Source of the DNA: Escherichia coli
GTDB lineage: Bacteria; Pseudomonadota; Gammaproteobacteria; Enterobacterales; Enterobacteriaceae
Assembly (NCBI RefSeq): GCF_003018115.1
Contig: NZ_CP027457.1
Direction: 5' to 3' (one strand)
Length of the DNA: 64,000 nucleotides
Shown: in pieces, positions 33,128-47,883 of the stretch
How positions within the stretch are numbered: the first letter of the stretch is position 1
Layout of the letters: the number at the start of each line of letters is the position of its first letter
Program-made: the position numbers and the translations under genes
Notes under the pieces: generated by a model
Seen by the model: only the letters and a program-made list of their open reading frames with translations
What the model was told of the DNA's origin: nothing
The model's database searches: none

Positions 33128-33913
33128 TTATATTAATGGCAATTCACTAATAATATCAGCCAGCAAATTAAACATCTCACTGAATAAATGTTCGCAAAAA
33201 GGTGCAATTAACGGCATTAATGCCGCCATTAAAGAGATACCGACAGTCAGAGTTAATGGAAATCCAATAACAAAAATGGATAATTGCGGGGCCATACGAT
33301 TAAGTAAGCCTAATGCCAGATTCAGGGTCAGCAGCAGAGTAATGAGCGGTAATGCCAGCATCAGCCCGTTAAGGAAAATCAAACTCCCTGCTTTGGTGAG
33401 TGCCAGAAACGCATTGCTGTTCAACGGTTCGCCACCAATTGGCAGGGTGTGAAAGGTATCGACCAGCAGTGAAATCAACCATAAATGACCGTTAAATGTC
33501 AGGAACAGCAGTAACGCCAGCATATCCATGATACGCGCTAAAACGGGCATATTGAGATGGCTGGCCGGATCGACAAACGTCGCAAATGACAGCCCCATTT
33601 GCAGACCGATAATTTCGCCAGCGGTTCGTACAGCGGCAAAGGCAAATTGCATGGTAAAACCAAGCGCAATGCCGATCAGGATCTGCTGCACGGCCAGCCA
33701 CAGAGCAAAGAACGAAAAAACAGGAACATCGTTGGCAGGTAATGATGGGGCAATGGCGAACGTGATCATCATTGCCAGACCCAGTTTTACCCGTTTCGGT
33801 ACGCTGCGTTCGCTCAGAATCGGCGCGGTGGAGATCAGCGCCAGCACGCGCAGTAACGGCCAGAAGTACAGGTTTAACCAGGATAGCCATTGTTCGCTTG
33901 TCACCTGCAACAT
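33128..33913 (-). CDS. fliR: Flagellar export apparatus protein FliR (261 aa)
   Basis: N-terminus [33 protein letters not shown] after trimming the track extension; last gene of the fliL-R operon. Confidence 0.9.
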   Translation of the reverse strand: MLQVTSEQWLSWLNLYFWPLLRVLALISTAPILSERSVPKRVKLGLAMMITFAIAPSLPANDVPVFSFFALWLAVQQILIGIALGFTMQFAFAAVRTAGEIIGLQMGLSFATFVDPASHLNMPVLARIMDMLALLLFLTFNGHLWLISLLVDTFHTLPIGGEPLNSNAFLALTKAGSLIFLNGLMLALPLITLLLTLNLALGLLNRMAPQLSIFVIGFPLTLTVGISLMAALMPLIAPFCEHLFSEMFNLLADIISELPLI

Positions 33914-33920
33914 AGTACGG

Positions 33921-34190
33921 CTACCCGATGATATACGGCAGGTTAGTGAACAAGGTGCGGACGTAATCCAGCAACAGATTGAGCATCCACGGTCCGGCAA
34001 TAATAATGGCGATAAATACGGCGATGATTTTCGGAATAAACGACAGCGTCATTTCGTTAATCTGCGTGGCGGCCTGCAAAATACTGATGATAAGGCCCGT
34101 GACCAACGCTACCAACAATAGCGGGGCAGCCAGTGCCAGCGCGACTTTCATCGCTTCAGTCCCCATCATCATGACCGATTCAGGTGTCAT
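33921..34190 (-). CDS. fliQ: Flagellar export apparatus protein FliQ (89 aa)
   Basis: Sequence [33 protein letters not shown]... matches FliQ. Confidence 0.9.
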   Translation of the reverse strand: MTPESVMMMGTEAMKVALALAAPLLLVALVTGLIISILQAATQINEMTLSFIPKIIAVFIAIIIAGPWMLNLLLDYVRTLFTNLPYIIG

Positions 34191-34199
34191 TTTGCCTCT

Positions 34200-34937
34200 C
34201 TAGCTGTAAAAGCTCTGCGCCAGCGAACCGACCAGCAATTGCCAGCCATCCACCAGTACAAACAGCATCAGTTTAAAGGGCAGAGCAATGGTGGCTGGGG
34301 GAACCATCATCATCCCCAATGCCATCAACACGCTGGCTATCACCAGGTCGATAATCAAAAAAGGGATGAAAATCGTGAAGCCTATCTGAAATGCGGTTTT
34401 CAACTCGCTGGTCACGTAGGCCGGGAGCAAAATGCGCATCGGCACGGCTTCAGGTCCCTGCAACGGGCCGGTATTCGCCAGTCTGGCAAACAACCCTAAA
34501 TCTGCCTCACGGGTCTGACGCAGCATAAACTCACGCAGCGGCTGCGCCCCTTTTTCCAGCGCCTCCTGCATTGATATTTTCTCTTCGCTAAATGGCTGGT
34601 ACGCATCGACATAAATTTTGTCGATCACCGGTGACATAATAAAAAAGGTCAAAAATAGTGCCAGCCCCAGCAATACCTGGTTAGGTGGCGCGGAGGGCGT
34701 TCCCAGCGCGTTACGCAATAAACCAAAAACAATGATGATGCGGGTGAAACTGGTCATCATCAGTAAAATTGCCGGAATAAACGTCAACGAGGTGATGAAC
34801 ACCAGCGTCTGCACCGGGAGCGACCAGCTTTGTCCACCGCCAGGCAGCGGCTGGCTGGTGATACCCGGCAGTTGCGCGAAGGCGAGGGGCGTAACCAGCC
34901 AGAGAAGGACAGGTGCGACAGACAACAAACGACGCAT
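34200..34937 (-). CDS. fliP: Flagellar export apparatus protein FliP (245 aa)
   Basis: Signal peptide plus conserved FliP core; full-length match. Confidence 0.9.
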   Translation of the reverse strand: MRRLLSVAPVLLWLVTPLAFAQLPGITSQPLPGGGQSWSLPVQTLVFITSLTFIPAILLMMTSFTRIIIVFGLLRNALGTPSAPPNQVLLGLALFLTFFIMSPVIDKIYVDAYQPFSEEKISMQEALEKGAQPLREFMLRQTREADLGLFARLANTGPLQGPEAVPMRILLPAYVTSELKTAFQIGFTIFIPFLIIDLVIASVLMALGMMMVPPATIALPFKLMLFVLVDGWQLLVGSLAQSFYS

Positions 34938-35305
34938 CAGGATCTCCCGCTACGCTTAAGCAAATTTTTCATGACCGACTGAAAATCGGTCTGCGGTATC
35001 TCTTCCGTTGGTGCAGAAGGGGGAAGTTTATGCAGCAGATTGATTTGCCCTGCGGTAACGCCGAGCACCAGCCGTGCATCTTCCACATCGACCACCACAA
35101 CCCGTTCACGCGCGCCCAGTGAAGCACTGGCGCTAATTTTCAGACCGTTAACGCCAGTGCGTTTAGGAGCAAATCCCAACCGTTTTATCAGCCAGGCAGC
35201 AGCGAGGATCAGGGCAATAATGGCGATGAGTGCGCCGCTCACCTGCAGCAGTGGCGCAGTAGAAACCGGCGCGGAAGATTGCACAGTAGCGTGGTTATTC
35301 ATCAC
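34937..35305 (-). CDS. fliO: Flagellar protein FliO (~121 aa)
   Basis: Single-TM small protein [15 protein letters not shown]...; start may be the first or second Met. Confidence 0.85.
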   Translation of the reverse strand: MMNNHATVQSSAPVSTAPLLQVSGALIAIIALILAAAWLIKRLGFAPKRTGVNGLKISASASLGARERVVVVDVEDARLVLGVTAGQINLLHKLPPSAPTEEIPQTDFQSVMKNLLKRSGRS

Positions 35306-35718
35306 TAACGGCTCAGGCGGCGCATTCGCTCAGACGGAGTAATGATATCGGTGATCCGCACGCCATATTTATCGGCAACGACCACCACTTCGCCCTGGGC
35401 GATTAAATAACCGTTGATCAGAATATCCAGTGGTTCGCCCGCCAGACCGTCCAGCGCCACGACGGACCCTTGCGTCAGACGCAACAGTTCTTTGATGGTC
35501 ATCCGCGTACGGCCCAGTTCGACGGTCAGCTTGACCGGAATATCCATAATCAGGTCGATATCCTGCAACGTTCCGCTGACATCACCACCGCCAAATTGCT
35601 GGAACACCGCGTCGGCAGCGCTTTTGCTACTGGTTGATTTTTGTTCGCTCAACGCTTCAGCCCACAGATCGTCCATTGCGCCGTTGTTGTCATCGGCCGG
35701 ATTATTCATGTCACTCAT
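35305..35718 (-). CDS. fliN: Flagellar motor switch protein FliN (137 aa)
   Basis: SpoA-type C-terminal domain; full-length match to FliN. Confidence 0.9.
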   Translation of the reverse strand: MSDMNNPADDNNGAMDDLWAEALSEQKSTSSKSAADAVFQQFGGGDVSGTLQDIDLIMDIPVKLTVELGRTRMTIKELLRLTQGSVVALDGLAGEPLDILINGYLIAQGEVVVVADKYGVRITDIITPSERMRRLSR

Positions 35719-36719
35719 TTGGGCTGTTCCTCGTTCAGAGAATTTAAAATCGGGTTAATCAAATGTTCTATCCGTAACGCATACTGACCGTTGAGAGTGC
35801 CGTACTGACTGGTCAGCACCGGGACGCCGTCAACATGGGCGATGATGCGGTCGGGTTTTTCTATCGGCAGGACGTCACCGGGTTTCAGTTTTAAAATCTG
35901 CGACAGGCGTAGCGAGATATCGGCAAAGTTGGCGACCAACTCCAGCTGTGAATGCTGCACCTGGCGCACCAGGTTATCGCGCCAGTTCTGATCTTCATTA
36001 CGCGAGTTTTCCAGCGGTGGGTTAACCAACAATTCCCGTAGCGGCTCGATCATGCTGAATGGCAGGCAGATATTAAATTCGCCGGTCAGATTGCCAATCT
36101 CCACATGGAACGGCGTGTTAACCACAATGTCGTTCGGCGAGGTGGTGATATTGGTAAATTTCACCTGCATTTCCGAACGCACGTACTCAACTTCCAGCGG
36201 ATTAATCGCCTTCCATGCGTCGCTATAGCCTTCTAGCGCCAGTTTTAACATGCGGTTGATGACGCGCTGTTCGGTATGGGTAAACTCGCGACCTTCCACT
36301 TTGGTCGGGAAGCGTCCATCGCCGCCAAACAGGTTATCCACGGCGATAAACACCAGACTCGGCGAGAACACCACCAGCCCTGTGCCGCGCAGCGGTTTCA
36401 GATGGATAAGGTTCAGGTTGGTCGGCACCGGCAGGTTGCGGGCAAATTCATGGTACGGCTGAATGCGGATGGCCCCGACGGTTATATCCGGGCTACGACG
36501 CAGCAGGTTGAACAGCCCCATACGAAAATGGCGGGCAAAGCGCTCATTAATGATTTCCAGCGCCTGCAAACGTTCGCGCACAACCCGTCGTTGGGTATTC
36601 GGATCGTACGGACGAATGTCACTTTCGCCGCTAACACTGGCTGTCGGTTCGTCTTTGACTTCGCTGTCGCCATTCAACAGCGCATCAATTTCAGCTTGAG
36701 AAAGAATACTATCGCCCAT
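35715..36719 (-). CDS. fliM: Flagellar motor switch protein FliM (334 aa)
   Basis: N-terminus MGDSILSQAEIDALLNGD (CheY-P binding motif) after trimming the 34-codon track extension. Confidence 0.9.
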   Translation of the reverse strand: MGDSILSQAEIDALLNGDSEVKDEPTASVSGESDIRPYDPNTQRRVVRERLQALEIINERFARHFRMGLFNLLRRSPDITVGAIRIQPYHEFARNLPVPTNLNLIHLKPLRGTGLVVFSPSLVFIAVDNLFGGDGRFPTKVEGREFTHTEQRVINRMLKLALEGYSDAWKAINPLEVEYVRSEMQVKFTNITTSPNDIVVNTPFHVEIGNLTGEFNICLPFSMIEPLRELLVNPPLENSRNEDQNWRDNLVRQVQHSQLELVANFADISLRLSQILKLKPGDVLPIEKPDRIIAHVDGVPVLTSQYGTLNGQYALRIEHLINPILNSLNEEQPK

Positions 36720-36723
36720 GTCG

Positions 36724-37188
36724 TTATCGCAGAATAAAAGCGGTATACAGCACGTCGGTGACATCCTGTTTCGGTTGCCCGGCAACAAGCGGGGTGGAAA
36801 GTGTGGTTTTAATCTCGGCAATCAGGTTTTTCTTGCCTTCTTCTGTCGCCAGTACGGCAGCATCCTGACGCGAAAACAGTAACAGCAAACGGCTACGGAC
36901 TTCCGGCAAATACTCACTCAGCCGCGAGCGGGTAGCTTCATCTTTCAGGCGCAGGGTTATGCCAATATAAAGCACGCGATCCGCATCGCCCAAATTGACC
37001 GTGAAGGTATCCAGCGCATAGAAGACCGGTGAGGGCACGACGCGTTGCTGCGCTTTGTCGTCAGCGGCAACCTGATGCGAATGCCAGTAGCTGTAACCTG
37101 CGCTGGCACAGGCCGCGAGGGTAATGAATACCAGAATCGGGATCCAAAGCGATCGCTTGCTTTTCTTGCTTATCGCGTAATCAGTCAT
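36724..37188 (-). CDS. fliL: Flagellar basal-body-associated protein FliL (154 aa)
   Basis: Single N-terminal TM helix; first gene of the fliL-R operon. Confidence 0.9.
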   Translation of the reverse strand: MTDYAISKKSKRSLWIPILVFITLAACASAGYSYWHSHQVAADDKAQQRVVPSPVFYALDTFTVNLGDADRVLYIGITLRLKDEATRSRLSEYLPEVRSRLLLLFSRQDAAVLATEEGKKNLIAEIKTTLSTPLVAGQPKQDVTDVLYTAFILR

Positions 37189-37292
37189 GTGTTGCGGTCT
37201 TCCTGTGTCGCTACTGCTTATCGGCTAATTATCCTGCGTCTTGAGCGCAACAAAGCGGGGAAAAGACGCGGATTACGGTGCTACCTCTGACG

Positions 37293-38420
37293 TTAGGCGA
37301 AAATATCAACGCCGCTGTTGCCTGTTACGCGCCCTTGTAAAGAGACGGGAACCGGAAGCATATCGTCGTCTTCCCCCGCCAGAGGTTCATGGTTTGCTGT
37401 GCGTTGGCTTTGCTGTTGCTGGGAAGCGGCCTGCTGCTGACCACTAAAGCTTTCGCCACTGATGTTGCTTTGCCCTAACTGAATGCCACTTTCGGCCAGC
37501 TGCGTACGCAGTACCGGCAGCGCTGCTTCCAGGGCGGCGCGTACGTGCTGATGTGGTGAAACCATCTGGATTTGCGCCTGGTTATCATCCACTTTGAGGG
37601 AGATTTGCACTTCACCTAAATCCTGTGGGTGCAGTCGCAACTCTGCACTTTGTTGCCCCTGGCGGGTGAACAGCGAAATATGCTGGCTTAATGATTGTTG
37701 CCATTCGTGAGAACCCAGCGGTGCACTCAAAACAGGTGCGGCGACGGTGGGCAGTGGCTGTGTCTGGTGTGGAGTGATTAGCGGGCTGGCGGCAGCGGTC
37801 ACCGGTGAAGGTGTGCTGATGACTTCCGCTTTACTCTGGGCTTCTGCTACCAGCGGTGTTAATGGCTGAGCTGGTGTGCCGGGGGCGTCATCAGGCTGTG
37901 CTGTTGTGAGTTGCGCAGAAGTCAGTTTTGTGAAGAGCGTTGGTTTCTCTGTCGGTAACACGGTTGACGGCGCATCAGTCACTTTGGGCGTATTGTCAAA
38001 ACCCGGCAACATCGCAAAAAGGGCACTCAGGCTTGCGGTGACGTCTTCATTCAGATCATCCGCTTTTTCGTCTTTTGCCGTATTGTTGCCAGCCACCGCA
38101 GCCAACGTCATCGTCTGAGCGGTGGTTAACGGTGTTGATGTGGATTGTTCGTCGTTGATGACAGGCGGTGTTTCATCCACAGGGATCAGTAAATCCGCTT
38201 GTTGCGCGTCGGCAAGAATCTCGCTGACCAGCGGCTCGCCTTTTGCCGAGGGCTTATCTGTTGCCACCAGCAACTGGGGGGCCGCTTTGTCGGTTGTTGT
38301 CTCGCCTGCTAATGCTTCGCTCAACAACGCGAGAAAATCTTGTGCAGCATCGCTGGCTTTGCCGCCAGGCAATGTGGTGGTGTCAACGTCGGCGGTAATC
38401 AAGGGCGCTAAGCGAATCAT
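37293..38420 (-). CDS. fliK: Flagellar hook-length control protein FliK (375 aa)
   Basis: Pro/Ala/Thr/Gln-rich central region and conserved C-terminal domain. Confidence 0.9.
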   Translation of the reverse strand: MIRLAPLITADVDTTTLPGGKASDAAQDFLALLSEALAGETTTDKAAPQLLVATDKPSAKGEPLVSEILADAQQADLLIPVDETPPVINDEQSTSTPLTTAQTMTLAAVAGNNTAKDEKADDLNEDVTASLSALFAMLPGFDNTPKVTDAPSTVLPTEKPTLFTKLTSAQLTTAQPDDAPGTPAQPLTPLVAEAQSKAEVISTPSPVTAAASPLITPHQTQPLPTVAAPVLSAPLGSHEWQQSLSQHISLFTRQGQQSAELRLHPQDLGEVQISLKVDDNQAQIQMVSPHQHVRAALEAALPVLRTQLAESGIQLGQSNISGESFSGQQQAASQQQQSQRTANHEPLAGEDDDMLPVPVSLQGRVTGNSGVDIFA

Positions 38421-38860
38421 TCAGGTTTCCTCATGGCGGCGCGCTGGGCGAACTCATCCATCTTTTTCTGATCGAGGCGGTTTTCTGCAAGCAGTGCCGC
38501 CGTGGATTGCCGTTCCTGCAGTGTCTGCCAGGCCTGCAAACGTTGTTTCTTTTCTCGCCAGCTGTTCAGGGCAATGTCAACTTTCTGCGTCCACTGATTA
38601 AGTTGCTGGCGATGCTGAGTAATGGCTTTTTCCAGCGTCTGGATAAACTGCTGATAGTTGATCCAGCGGTTGCTGGTCATCCCGGCACTCATATCGCTGT
38701 TGAGGTTATTGCGATATTCATTCTGATAATCGATCAGCATTTTGAGCTGTTCTTCCGCCTGCTGACACCCGCGACGCATTTCACCCAGCAGGCGCGCGGC
38801 ATCCTCTACCTCTTTTTCTGCCAGATCTTTCAGGGTCGCCAGCGCACCATGTTCTGCCAT
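38417..38860 (-). CDS. fliJ: Flagellar export chaperone/stalk protein FliJ (147 aa)
   Basis: Coiled-coil protein [31 protein letters not shown]... Confidence 0.9.
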   Translation of the reverse strand: MAEHGALATLKDLAEKEVEDAARLLGEMRRGCQQAEEQLKMLIDYQNEYRNNLNSDMSAGMTSNRWINYQQFIQTLEKAITQHRQQLNQWTQKVDIALNSWREKKQRLQAWQTLQERQSTAALLAENRLDQKKMDEFAQRAAMRKPE

Positions 38861-38878
38861 CTGCCGTTATCTCCTGGG

Positions 38879-40251
38879 TTATGATACTGTCGGGAAAATA
38901 CGCTCCAGCCCCTGGAGAGACGCTTCCCAGTCCGCGCGTTCAAAAATGCCTTGTTGCAAATAGCCCTCCAGCTGCGGCCACAGGGCGATGGCTTTATCGA
39001 GCATCGGATCGCTGCCTTTGGCATACGCGCCGACGCTAACCAGATCTCGGTTACGCTGAAAACTCGACAACAGCTGTTTGAAGGTGCGCACTCGCGCGTA
39101 ATGTTGCTCGCTGATCAACGTCGTCATTGCGCGGCTGATCGACGCTTCAATATCGATAGCCGGATAGTGCCCGGCTTCCGCCAGTCGGCGAGACAGCACA
39201 ATGTGACCGTCGAGGATCGCCCGCGCGGAGTCGGCAATCGGATCCTGCTGGTCATCGCCTTCAGTGAGCACGGTATAAAATGCAGTAATCGATCCGCCGC
39301 CGCTAATGCCATTTCCGGCACGCTCGACCAGTGCCGGTAATTTGGCAAACACCGACGGTGGATAACCTTTGGTGGCGGGTGGTTCGCCAATCGCCAGCGC
39401 AATTTCACGCTGGGCCATCGCGTAGCGGGTGAGGGAGTCCATAATCAGCAACACATGCTGACCACGATCGCGAAAATCTTCGGCAATGCGCGTGGCATAG
39501 GCGGCACCTTGCATTCGCAGAAGCGGAGAGACATCCGCCGGAGCGGCAATCACCACGGAGCGTGCACGCCCTTCGGCACCGAGGATATTCTCAATAAAAT
39601 CTTTTACTTCGCGCCCACGTTCACCAATCAAACCCACGACAATGACATCGGCGCGGGTGTAACGTGCCATCATCCCCAGCAGCACACTTTTACCAACGCC
39701 GGACCCGGCAAACAGCCCCATACGCTGCCCACGCCCAACGGTAAGCAGGGCATTGATTGGGCGCACGCCGGTGTCCAGCACATGTTCAATCGGTGTACGT
39801 TGCAACGGGTTAAATGGTGGGGTAATCAGCGCACCGGTTTCCGTCGTATCGGGGGAGGGCAGGCCATCGAGCGGTTTACCGCTGCCGTCCAGAACGCGAC
39901 CTAATAACGCCGGACCGAGCGGCAACTGCTTGCCGCTTTGCAGTCCTTCAGCCGAAATGTTTTTGGCATAAACACGCGCGCCGGGCAGGACACCTTCCAC
40001 TTCCTCCAGCGGCATTAAAAACAGCCGTTGACCGTTAAAGCCAACGACTTCGCTTTCTACTTCGTGCGTTTCGCTGCCGTTCTGGCGCTCAATGACACAG
40101 GTTGCGCCGAGCGGCAATTGTAATCCGGTGGCTTCCAGCACCAGTCCGGTAGCGCGGGTTAATCGCCCGTAGCGACGTACCGCAGGCAACTGCGCCATTT
40201 TGGCTTCAAAGTTATCCAGCGTGGTTAGCCAGCGAGTCAGGCGCGTGGTCA

Positions 40252-40252
<1 letters not shown>
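38879..40252 (-). CDS. fliI: Flagellum-specific ATPase FliI (457 aa)
   Basis: Walker [12 protein letters not shown] and F1/T3SS ATPase fold. Confidence 0.9.
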
Positions 40253-43577
<3,325 letters not shown>

Positions 43578-43791
43578 CGCGCACCTCGTGGCTGATTATG
43601 GACGGCGTTATTGGCAAAGTGGAACAAGACTCACTCCCGGGTCAGCAAACTCGAAAAATTGACGCTCCCATTATTTGTGCTTTCGTTTTTTTCTATCCGC
43701 CAATAAACCCGTTTTTTTGTTGCTATTTAGCGCCTTTGTCTTATTGACTTACTGGTAGGCTTTGCTATCAGAAATTATCCAGGAGATGAAA
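43578..43791. promoter_or_regulatory. Divergent fliE / fliF class II flagellar promoter region
   Basis: Intergenic region between divergently oriented fliF and fliE. Assigned from established flagellar regulon architecture; no binding site was mapped by eye. Confidence 0.4.
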
Positions 43792-44106
43792 ATGTCAGCG
43801 ATACAGGGGATTGAAGGGGTTATCAGCCAGTTACAGGCTACGGCGATGAGTGCGCGTGCGCAGGAATCACTGCCGCAACCGACCATTAGTTTTGCCGGGC
43901 AGCTGCACGCCGCTCTCGATCGCATAAGCGATACACAAACAGCCGCCCGCACGCAGGCAGAAAAATTCACTCTCGGTGAACCCGGCGTGGCGTTAAACGA
44001 TGTGATGACCGATATGCAAAAAGCCTCAGTTTCTATGCAAATGGGGATTCAGGTGCGTAATAAGCTGGTGGCGGCGTATCAGGAAGTGATGAGCATGCAG
44101 GTGTAG
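43792..44106 (+). CDS. fliE: Flagellar hook-basal body protein FliE (104 aa)
   Basis: Sequence [29 protein letters not shown]...; start trimmed from the track ORF. Confidence 0.85.
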   Translation: MSAIQGIEGVISQLQATAMSARAQESLPQPTISFAGQLHAALDRISDTQTAARTQAEKFTLGEPGVALNDVMTDMQKASVSMQMGIQVRNKLVAAYQEVMSMQV

Positions 44107-44439
44107 GTTTTGTAACCTGTTGTTGATTACATCCGATCTCACCGCGTGGGGCATGGATGGGGCAAATTCACTCATTTTCTGGTTTAAAATGGATACCTGA
44201 TCCTGAAAGTTTTCTGCCATCCACGATCTGTATACGCGATAACATGTTTTGTCTTCGCTTTGCTCATAGGAAGAGTGAACTCTTTTGTTAGCCTGGGGTT
44301 CCTTCTGATCATTATTGTTCCTGCCTTTATCTCTTGCCACGCCAGAGCCCCCTGGATACACATACACCAGGATGAAAACGGTGAGTTGTGTTCAAACTGT
44401 AGTACAATTCTCTCCAGTATGAACAGGAAAGAATATGCT

Positions 44440-44772
44440 ATGAACCCTTATATTTATCTTGGTGGCGCAATACTTGCAGAGGTCATTGGTACAACCTTAA
44501 TGAAGTTTTCAGAGGGGTTTACACGGTTATGGCCCTCTGTTGGCACAATTATTTGCTATTGTGCATCATTCTGGTTATTAGCTCAGACACTGGCTTATAT
44601 ACCTACAGGGATTGCTTATGCTATCTGGTCAGGAGTCGGTATCGTTCTGATTAGTTTGCTTTCCTGGGGATTTTTTGGTCAACGACTGGACCTGCCAGCC
44701 ATCATAGGCATGATGTTGATTTGTGCCGGTGTGTTAGTCATTAACTTGTTGTCACGAAGTGCACCGCATTAA
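44440..44772 (+). CDS. emrE: SMR-family multidrug efflux transporter (EmrE-like, 110 aa)
   Basis: Sequence MNPYIYLGGAILAEVIGTTLMKFSEGFTRLW... with the conserved membrane-embedded Glu (AEV); near-identical to my recollection of K-12 EmrE. Track ORF is over-extended upstream. Confidence 0.8.
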   Translation: MNPYIYLGGAILAEVIGTTLMKFSEGFTRLWPSVGTIICYCASFWLLAQTLAYIPTGIAYAIWSGVGIVLISLLSWGFFGQRLDLPAIIGMMLICAGVLVINLLSRSAPH

Positions 44773-44940
44773 AAAATAATCATCCTTGAGATAACAGGAA
44801 TCTGATTTGTGCATATTATGGCTAATGTTCGGGGCAACTTTATAATTATGATTGCATTTGCGCGATCATTGCGCCTTTTTGCATAATGAGATCAAGGCAC
44901 ATCAAATAAAATAACGATAGGTCACAACAAAGAGGTTTTT

Positions 44941-45492
44941 ATGAAAAAACTTATCGTTTCAAGTGTATTGGCATTCATAACATTTTCTGCGCAGGCCGCA
45001 GCATTTCAGGTCACTAGTAATGAAATAAAAACAGGAGAGCAACTTACAACGTCTCATGTATTTTCTGGATTTGGGTGTGAGGGGGGTAATACATCGCCCT
45101 CATTAACCTGGTCTGGTGCTCCAGAAGGCACCAAAAGCTTTGCCGTAACTGTGTATGATCCAGATGCGCCTACAGGCAGTGGATGGTGGCACTGGACTGT
45201 TGCTAATATTCCAGCAACGGTAACATATTTGCCCGCTGATGCAGGAAGACGTGATGGTACAAAACTTCCGACTGGTGCTGTCCAAGGCCGAAATGATTTT
45301 GGCTATGCGGGATTTGGTGGAGCATGTCCTCCCAAAGGAGATAAACCCCATCATTACCAGTTTAAAATATGGGCTCTAAAAACTGATAAGATTCCTGTGG
45401 ATTCTAATTCCAGCGGAGCGTTAGTTGGTTATATGCTTAATGCCAATAAAATTGCAACCGCTGAGATAACACCCGTTTATGAGGTAAAGTAG
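44941..45492 (+). CDS. Periplasmic PEBP/RKIP-family protein (YbcL-like, 183 aa)
   Basis: Signal peptide MKKLIVSSVLAFITFSAQA and PEBP core (DPDAP...HHY); resembles the DLP12-encoded YbcL. Confidence 0.75.
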   Translation: MKKLIVSSVLAFITFSAQAAAFQVTSNEIKTGEQLTTSHVFSGFGCEGGNTSPSLTWSGAPEGTKSFAVTVYDPDAPTGSGWWHWTVANIPATVTYLPADAGRRDGTKLPTGAVQGRNDFGYAGFGGACPPKGDKPHHYQFKIWALKTDKIPVDSNSSGALVGYMLNANKIATAEITPVYEVK

Positions 45493-45501
45493 GATAAGAG
45501 T

Positions 45502-46299
45502 ATGCTGGCAAAAGATAGGACTAACCTAAAGATTGAAGAAATACGGATGCATAAACATCATGAGATTCACAGGGTTAAGCCTCTTATGCCAGCTTTATGT
45601 CGTATCCGTCAGGGAAAAAAAGTTATCAATTGGGAGACGCATAGTCTAACTGTTGATAATAATCAGATAATATTATTTCCCTGTGGATATGAATTTTATA
45701 TTGCGAATTACCCAGAAGCAGGTCTTTATCTTGCAGAAATGCTTTATTATCCCATTGATCTAATTGAAAAGTTCCAAAATCTTTATGCGATAACCGATCA
45801 AATTCGTAACACGACAGGTTTCTGCTTACCTCAGAATCCCGAGTTAATATATTGTTGGGAGCAACTAAAAACATCTATTTCCCGAGGCTTCTCAACGCAA
45901 ATTCAGGAACACTTAGCAATGGGCGTTCTACTTTCATTAGGAGCACATCATGTTAATTGTTTACTTTTATCAGATAGTAAACAATCATTAATAAGTCGTT
46001 GTTATAACCTAATGCTATCCGAACCTGGAACAAAATGGACAGCAAACAAGGTAGCGAGATATCTCTACATTTCTGTTTCCACATTGCATCGCCGTCTGGC
46101 AAGCGAGGGAGTAAGTTTTCAAAGTATATTGGACGACGTGAGGTTAAATAATGCGTTGTCTGCTATACAAACGACAGTAAAACCCATCAGCGAGATTGCC
46201 AGAGAAAGTGGTTACAAGTGTCCTTCTCGTTTTACTGAAAGGTTCCATAATCGTTTTAAGATAACACCAAGAGAGCTAAGAAAAGCGTCCAGAGAGTAA
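45502..46299 (+). CDS. AraC/XylS-family transcriptional regulator (YbcM-like, 265 aa)
   Basis: C-terminal AraC-type HTH (...[30 protein letters not shown]); AGGA RBS 9 nt upstream; starts 10 bp after the PEBP gene stop (operon-like). Confidence 0.7.
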   Translation: MLAKDRTNLKIEEIRMHKHHEIHRVKPLMPALCRIRQGKKVINWETHSLTVDNNQIILFPCGYEFYIANYPEAGLYLAEMLYYPIDLIEKFQNLYAITDQIRNTTGFCLPQNPELIYCWEQLKTSISRGFSTQIQEHLAMGVLLSLGAHHVNCLLLSDSKQSLISRCYNLMLSEPGTKWTANKVARYLYISVSTLHRRLASEGVSFQSILDDVRLNNALSAIQTTVKPISEIARESGYKCPSRFTERFHNRFKITPRELRKASRE

Positions 46300-46800
46300 A
46301 AGTATTTTATGAAGGAGCAACAGCATCGATTTTTATTTTGGAAAATAAATACGGCATACTCAACCTATTGGAGCCTGAACAATCCGGTGACTTCTGCGCT
46401 AATCGGGGACGTTTATAAGCACATATAATTGATACTATCTTCCTCCATCACAATTTCAGAAATGCACGTGTGATTTTTTTGCATCCGGCGTTTGGACTAT
46501 GTGGAGTTCAAGAGTGGGAAAGTTACAAGAGGTTGAGGGGATAATTAAAGGGATGCTTATGACATTAGATATCCGGTTAGGTACGGATATCGTTGTTATT
46601 AAATCTAATTGATACGTTAATTGTTCACTGAGTATTATTAAAAATGGGGCGTTGAAACGCCCCAGAAAATAAAGGGTAATATATAACAGAAGGTTTATAT
46701 AGTCAGAAGCAAGATAGTGCTTCTAAGGAAAGTGGTTTGAGGGCGCCACTTATATGTTGGGGAGGCAAAGCCTCCCACAACATATCTTTGAGTAATCAGA

Positions 46801-47883
46801 TTAGAACTGGTAAACCAATCCTACAGCAACGATATCATCGGTAGCAACGCCAGATGCTTTCGTGAAATCGCTCTTATCAATCAGGTTGATTTTGTAATCA
46901 ACAAAAGTGGACATATTTTTGTTGAAGTAATAGGTTGCACCTACATCAATATATTCAACCAGGTCCTGATCACCCCACGCACCCAAGTCTTTTCCTTTAG
47001 ATTGCAGGTAAGCAACGGACGGACGCAGACCGAAGTCGAACTGATATTGTGCAACTACTTCAAAGTTTTGTGCTTTGTTGGCAATATGGTTATTACCAAA
47101 AACAGTCATGTTCTGGGTTTCAGAATAGGTGGTAGCCAGATAGATGTTGTTCGCATCATATTTCAGACCAGCTGCCCATACTTCAGCATTTTGACCAGAT
47201 GCATTCAGGCTGTTGTTACCGTAGATAACCTGATCATTAGTGCGGTCAGATTTAGCATAGGTTGCACCTACACCGAATCCTTCATACTCATAAGTAGTGG
47301 AGAAACCGAAACCATCACCGTTAGCTTCAGTTACGTCAGTGCGGTCATTTTTACCCTGATACTGAGCAGCAAAGTTCAGACCATCAACCAGACCAAAGAA
47401 GTCGTTGTTACGATAAGTTGCAACACCTGTGGTGCGACCAGTCATGAACACATCTGTTTGGGTCCAGGTATCGCCACCGAATTCTGGCAGAACGTCGGTC
47501 CATGCACCGATATCGTATGCTACACCGTAGTTACGGCCATAATCGATGGAGCCGTAGTCACCGAATTTCAGGCCAGCGAAGGCAAGACGGGTTTTATCTT
47601 TGGAAGAACCTTGAGATTCAGCACGGTTGCCTTTGAATTCATATTCCCACTGACCGAAACCAGTCAGTTGATCGTTGATTTGAGTTTCGCCTTTGAAGCC
47701 CAGACGAACATAAGTTGTGTCGCCATCATCTGCATCGTTAGAAGAGAAGTAGTGCTTAGCATTAACTTTTCCGTACAGATCCAGCTTGTTACTGTCTTTA
47801 TTGTAAATCTCTGCTGCCTGAGCAGACATCGCCATCAGTACTGATGCAGCTACAGCAGAAATTGCCACTGTTAATTTTTTCAT
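46801..47883 (-). CDS. General bacterial porin, OmpC/OmpF family, NmpC/Lc-like (360 aa)
   Basis: Signal peptide [23 protein letters not shown], motif [17 protein letters not shown]-terminal ...[10 protein letters not shown]-terminus matches my recollection of NmpC-type porins. Confidence 0.8.
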   Translation of the reverse strand: MKKLTVAISAVAASVLMAMSAQAAEIYNKDSNKLDLYGKVNAKHYFSSNDADDGDTTYVRLGFKGETQINDQLTGFGQWEYEFKGNRAESQGSSKDKTRLAFAGLKFGDYGSIDYGRNYGVAYDIGAWTDVLPEFGGDTWTQTDVFMTGRTTGVATYRNNDFFGLVDGLNFAAQYQGKNDRTDVTEANGDGFGFSTTYEYEGFGVGATYAKSDRTNDQVIYGNNSLNASGQNAEVWAAGLKYDANNIYLATTYSETQNMTVFGNNHIANKAQNFEVVAQYQFDFGLRPSVAYLQSKGKDLGAWGDQDLVEYIDVGATYYFNKNMSTFVDYKINLIDKSDFTKASGVATDDIVAVGLVYQF

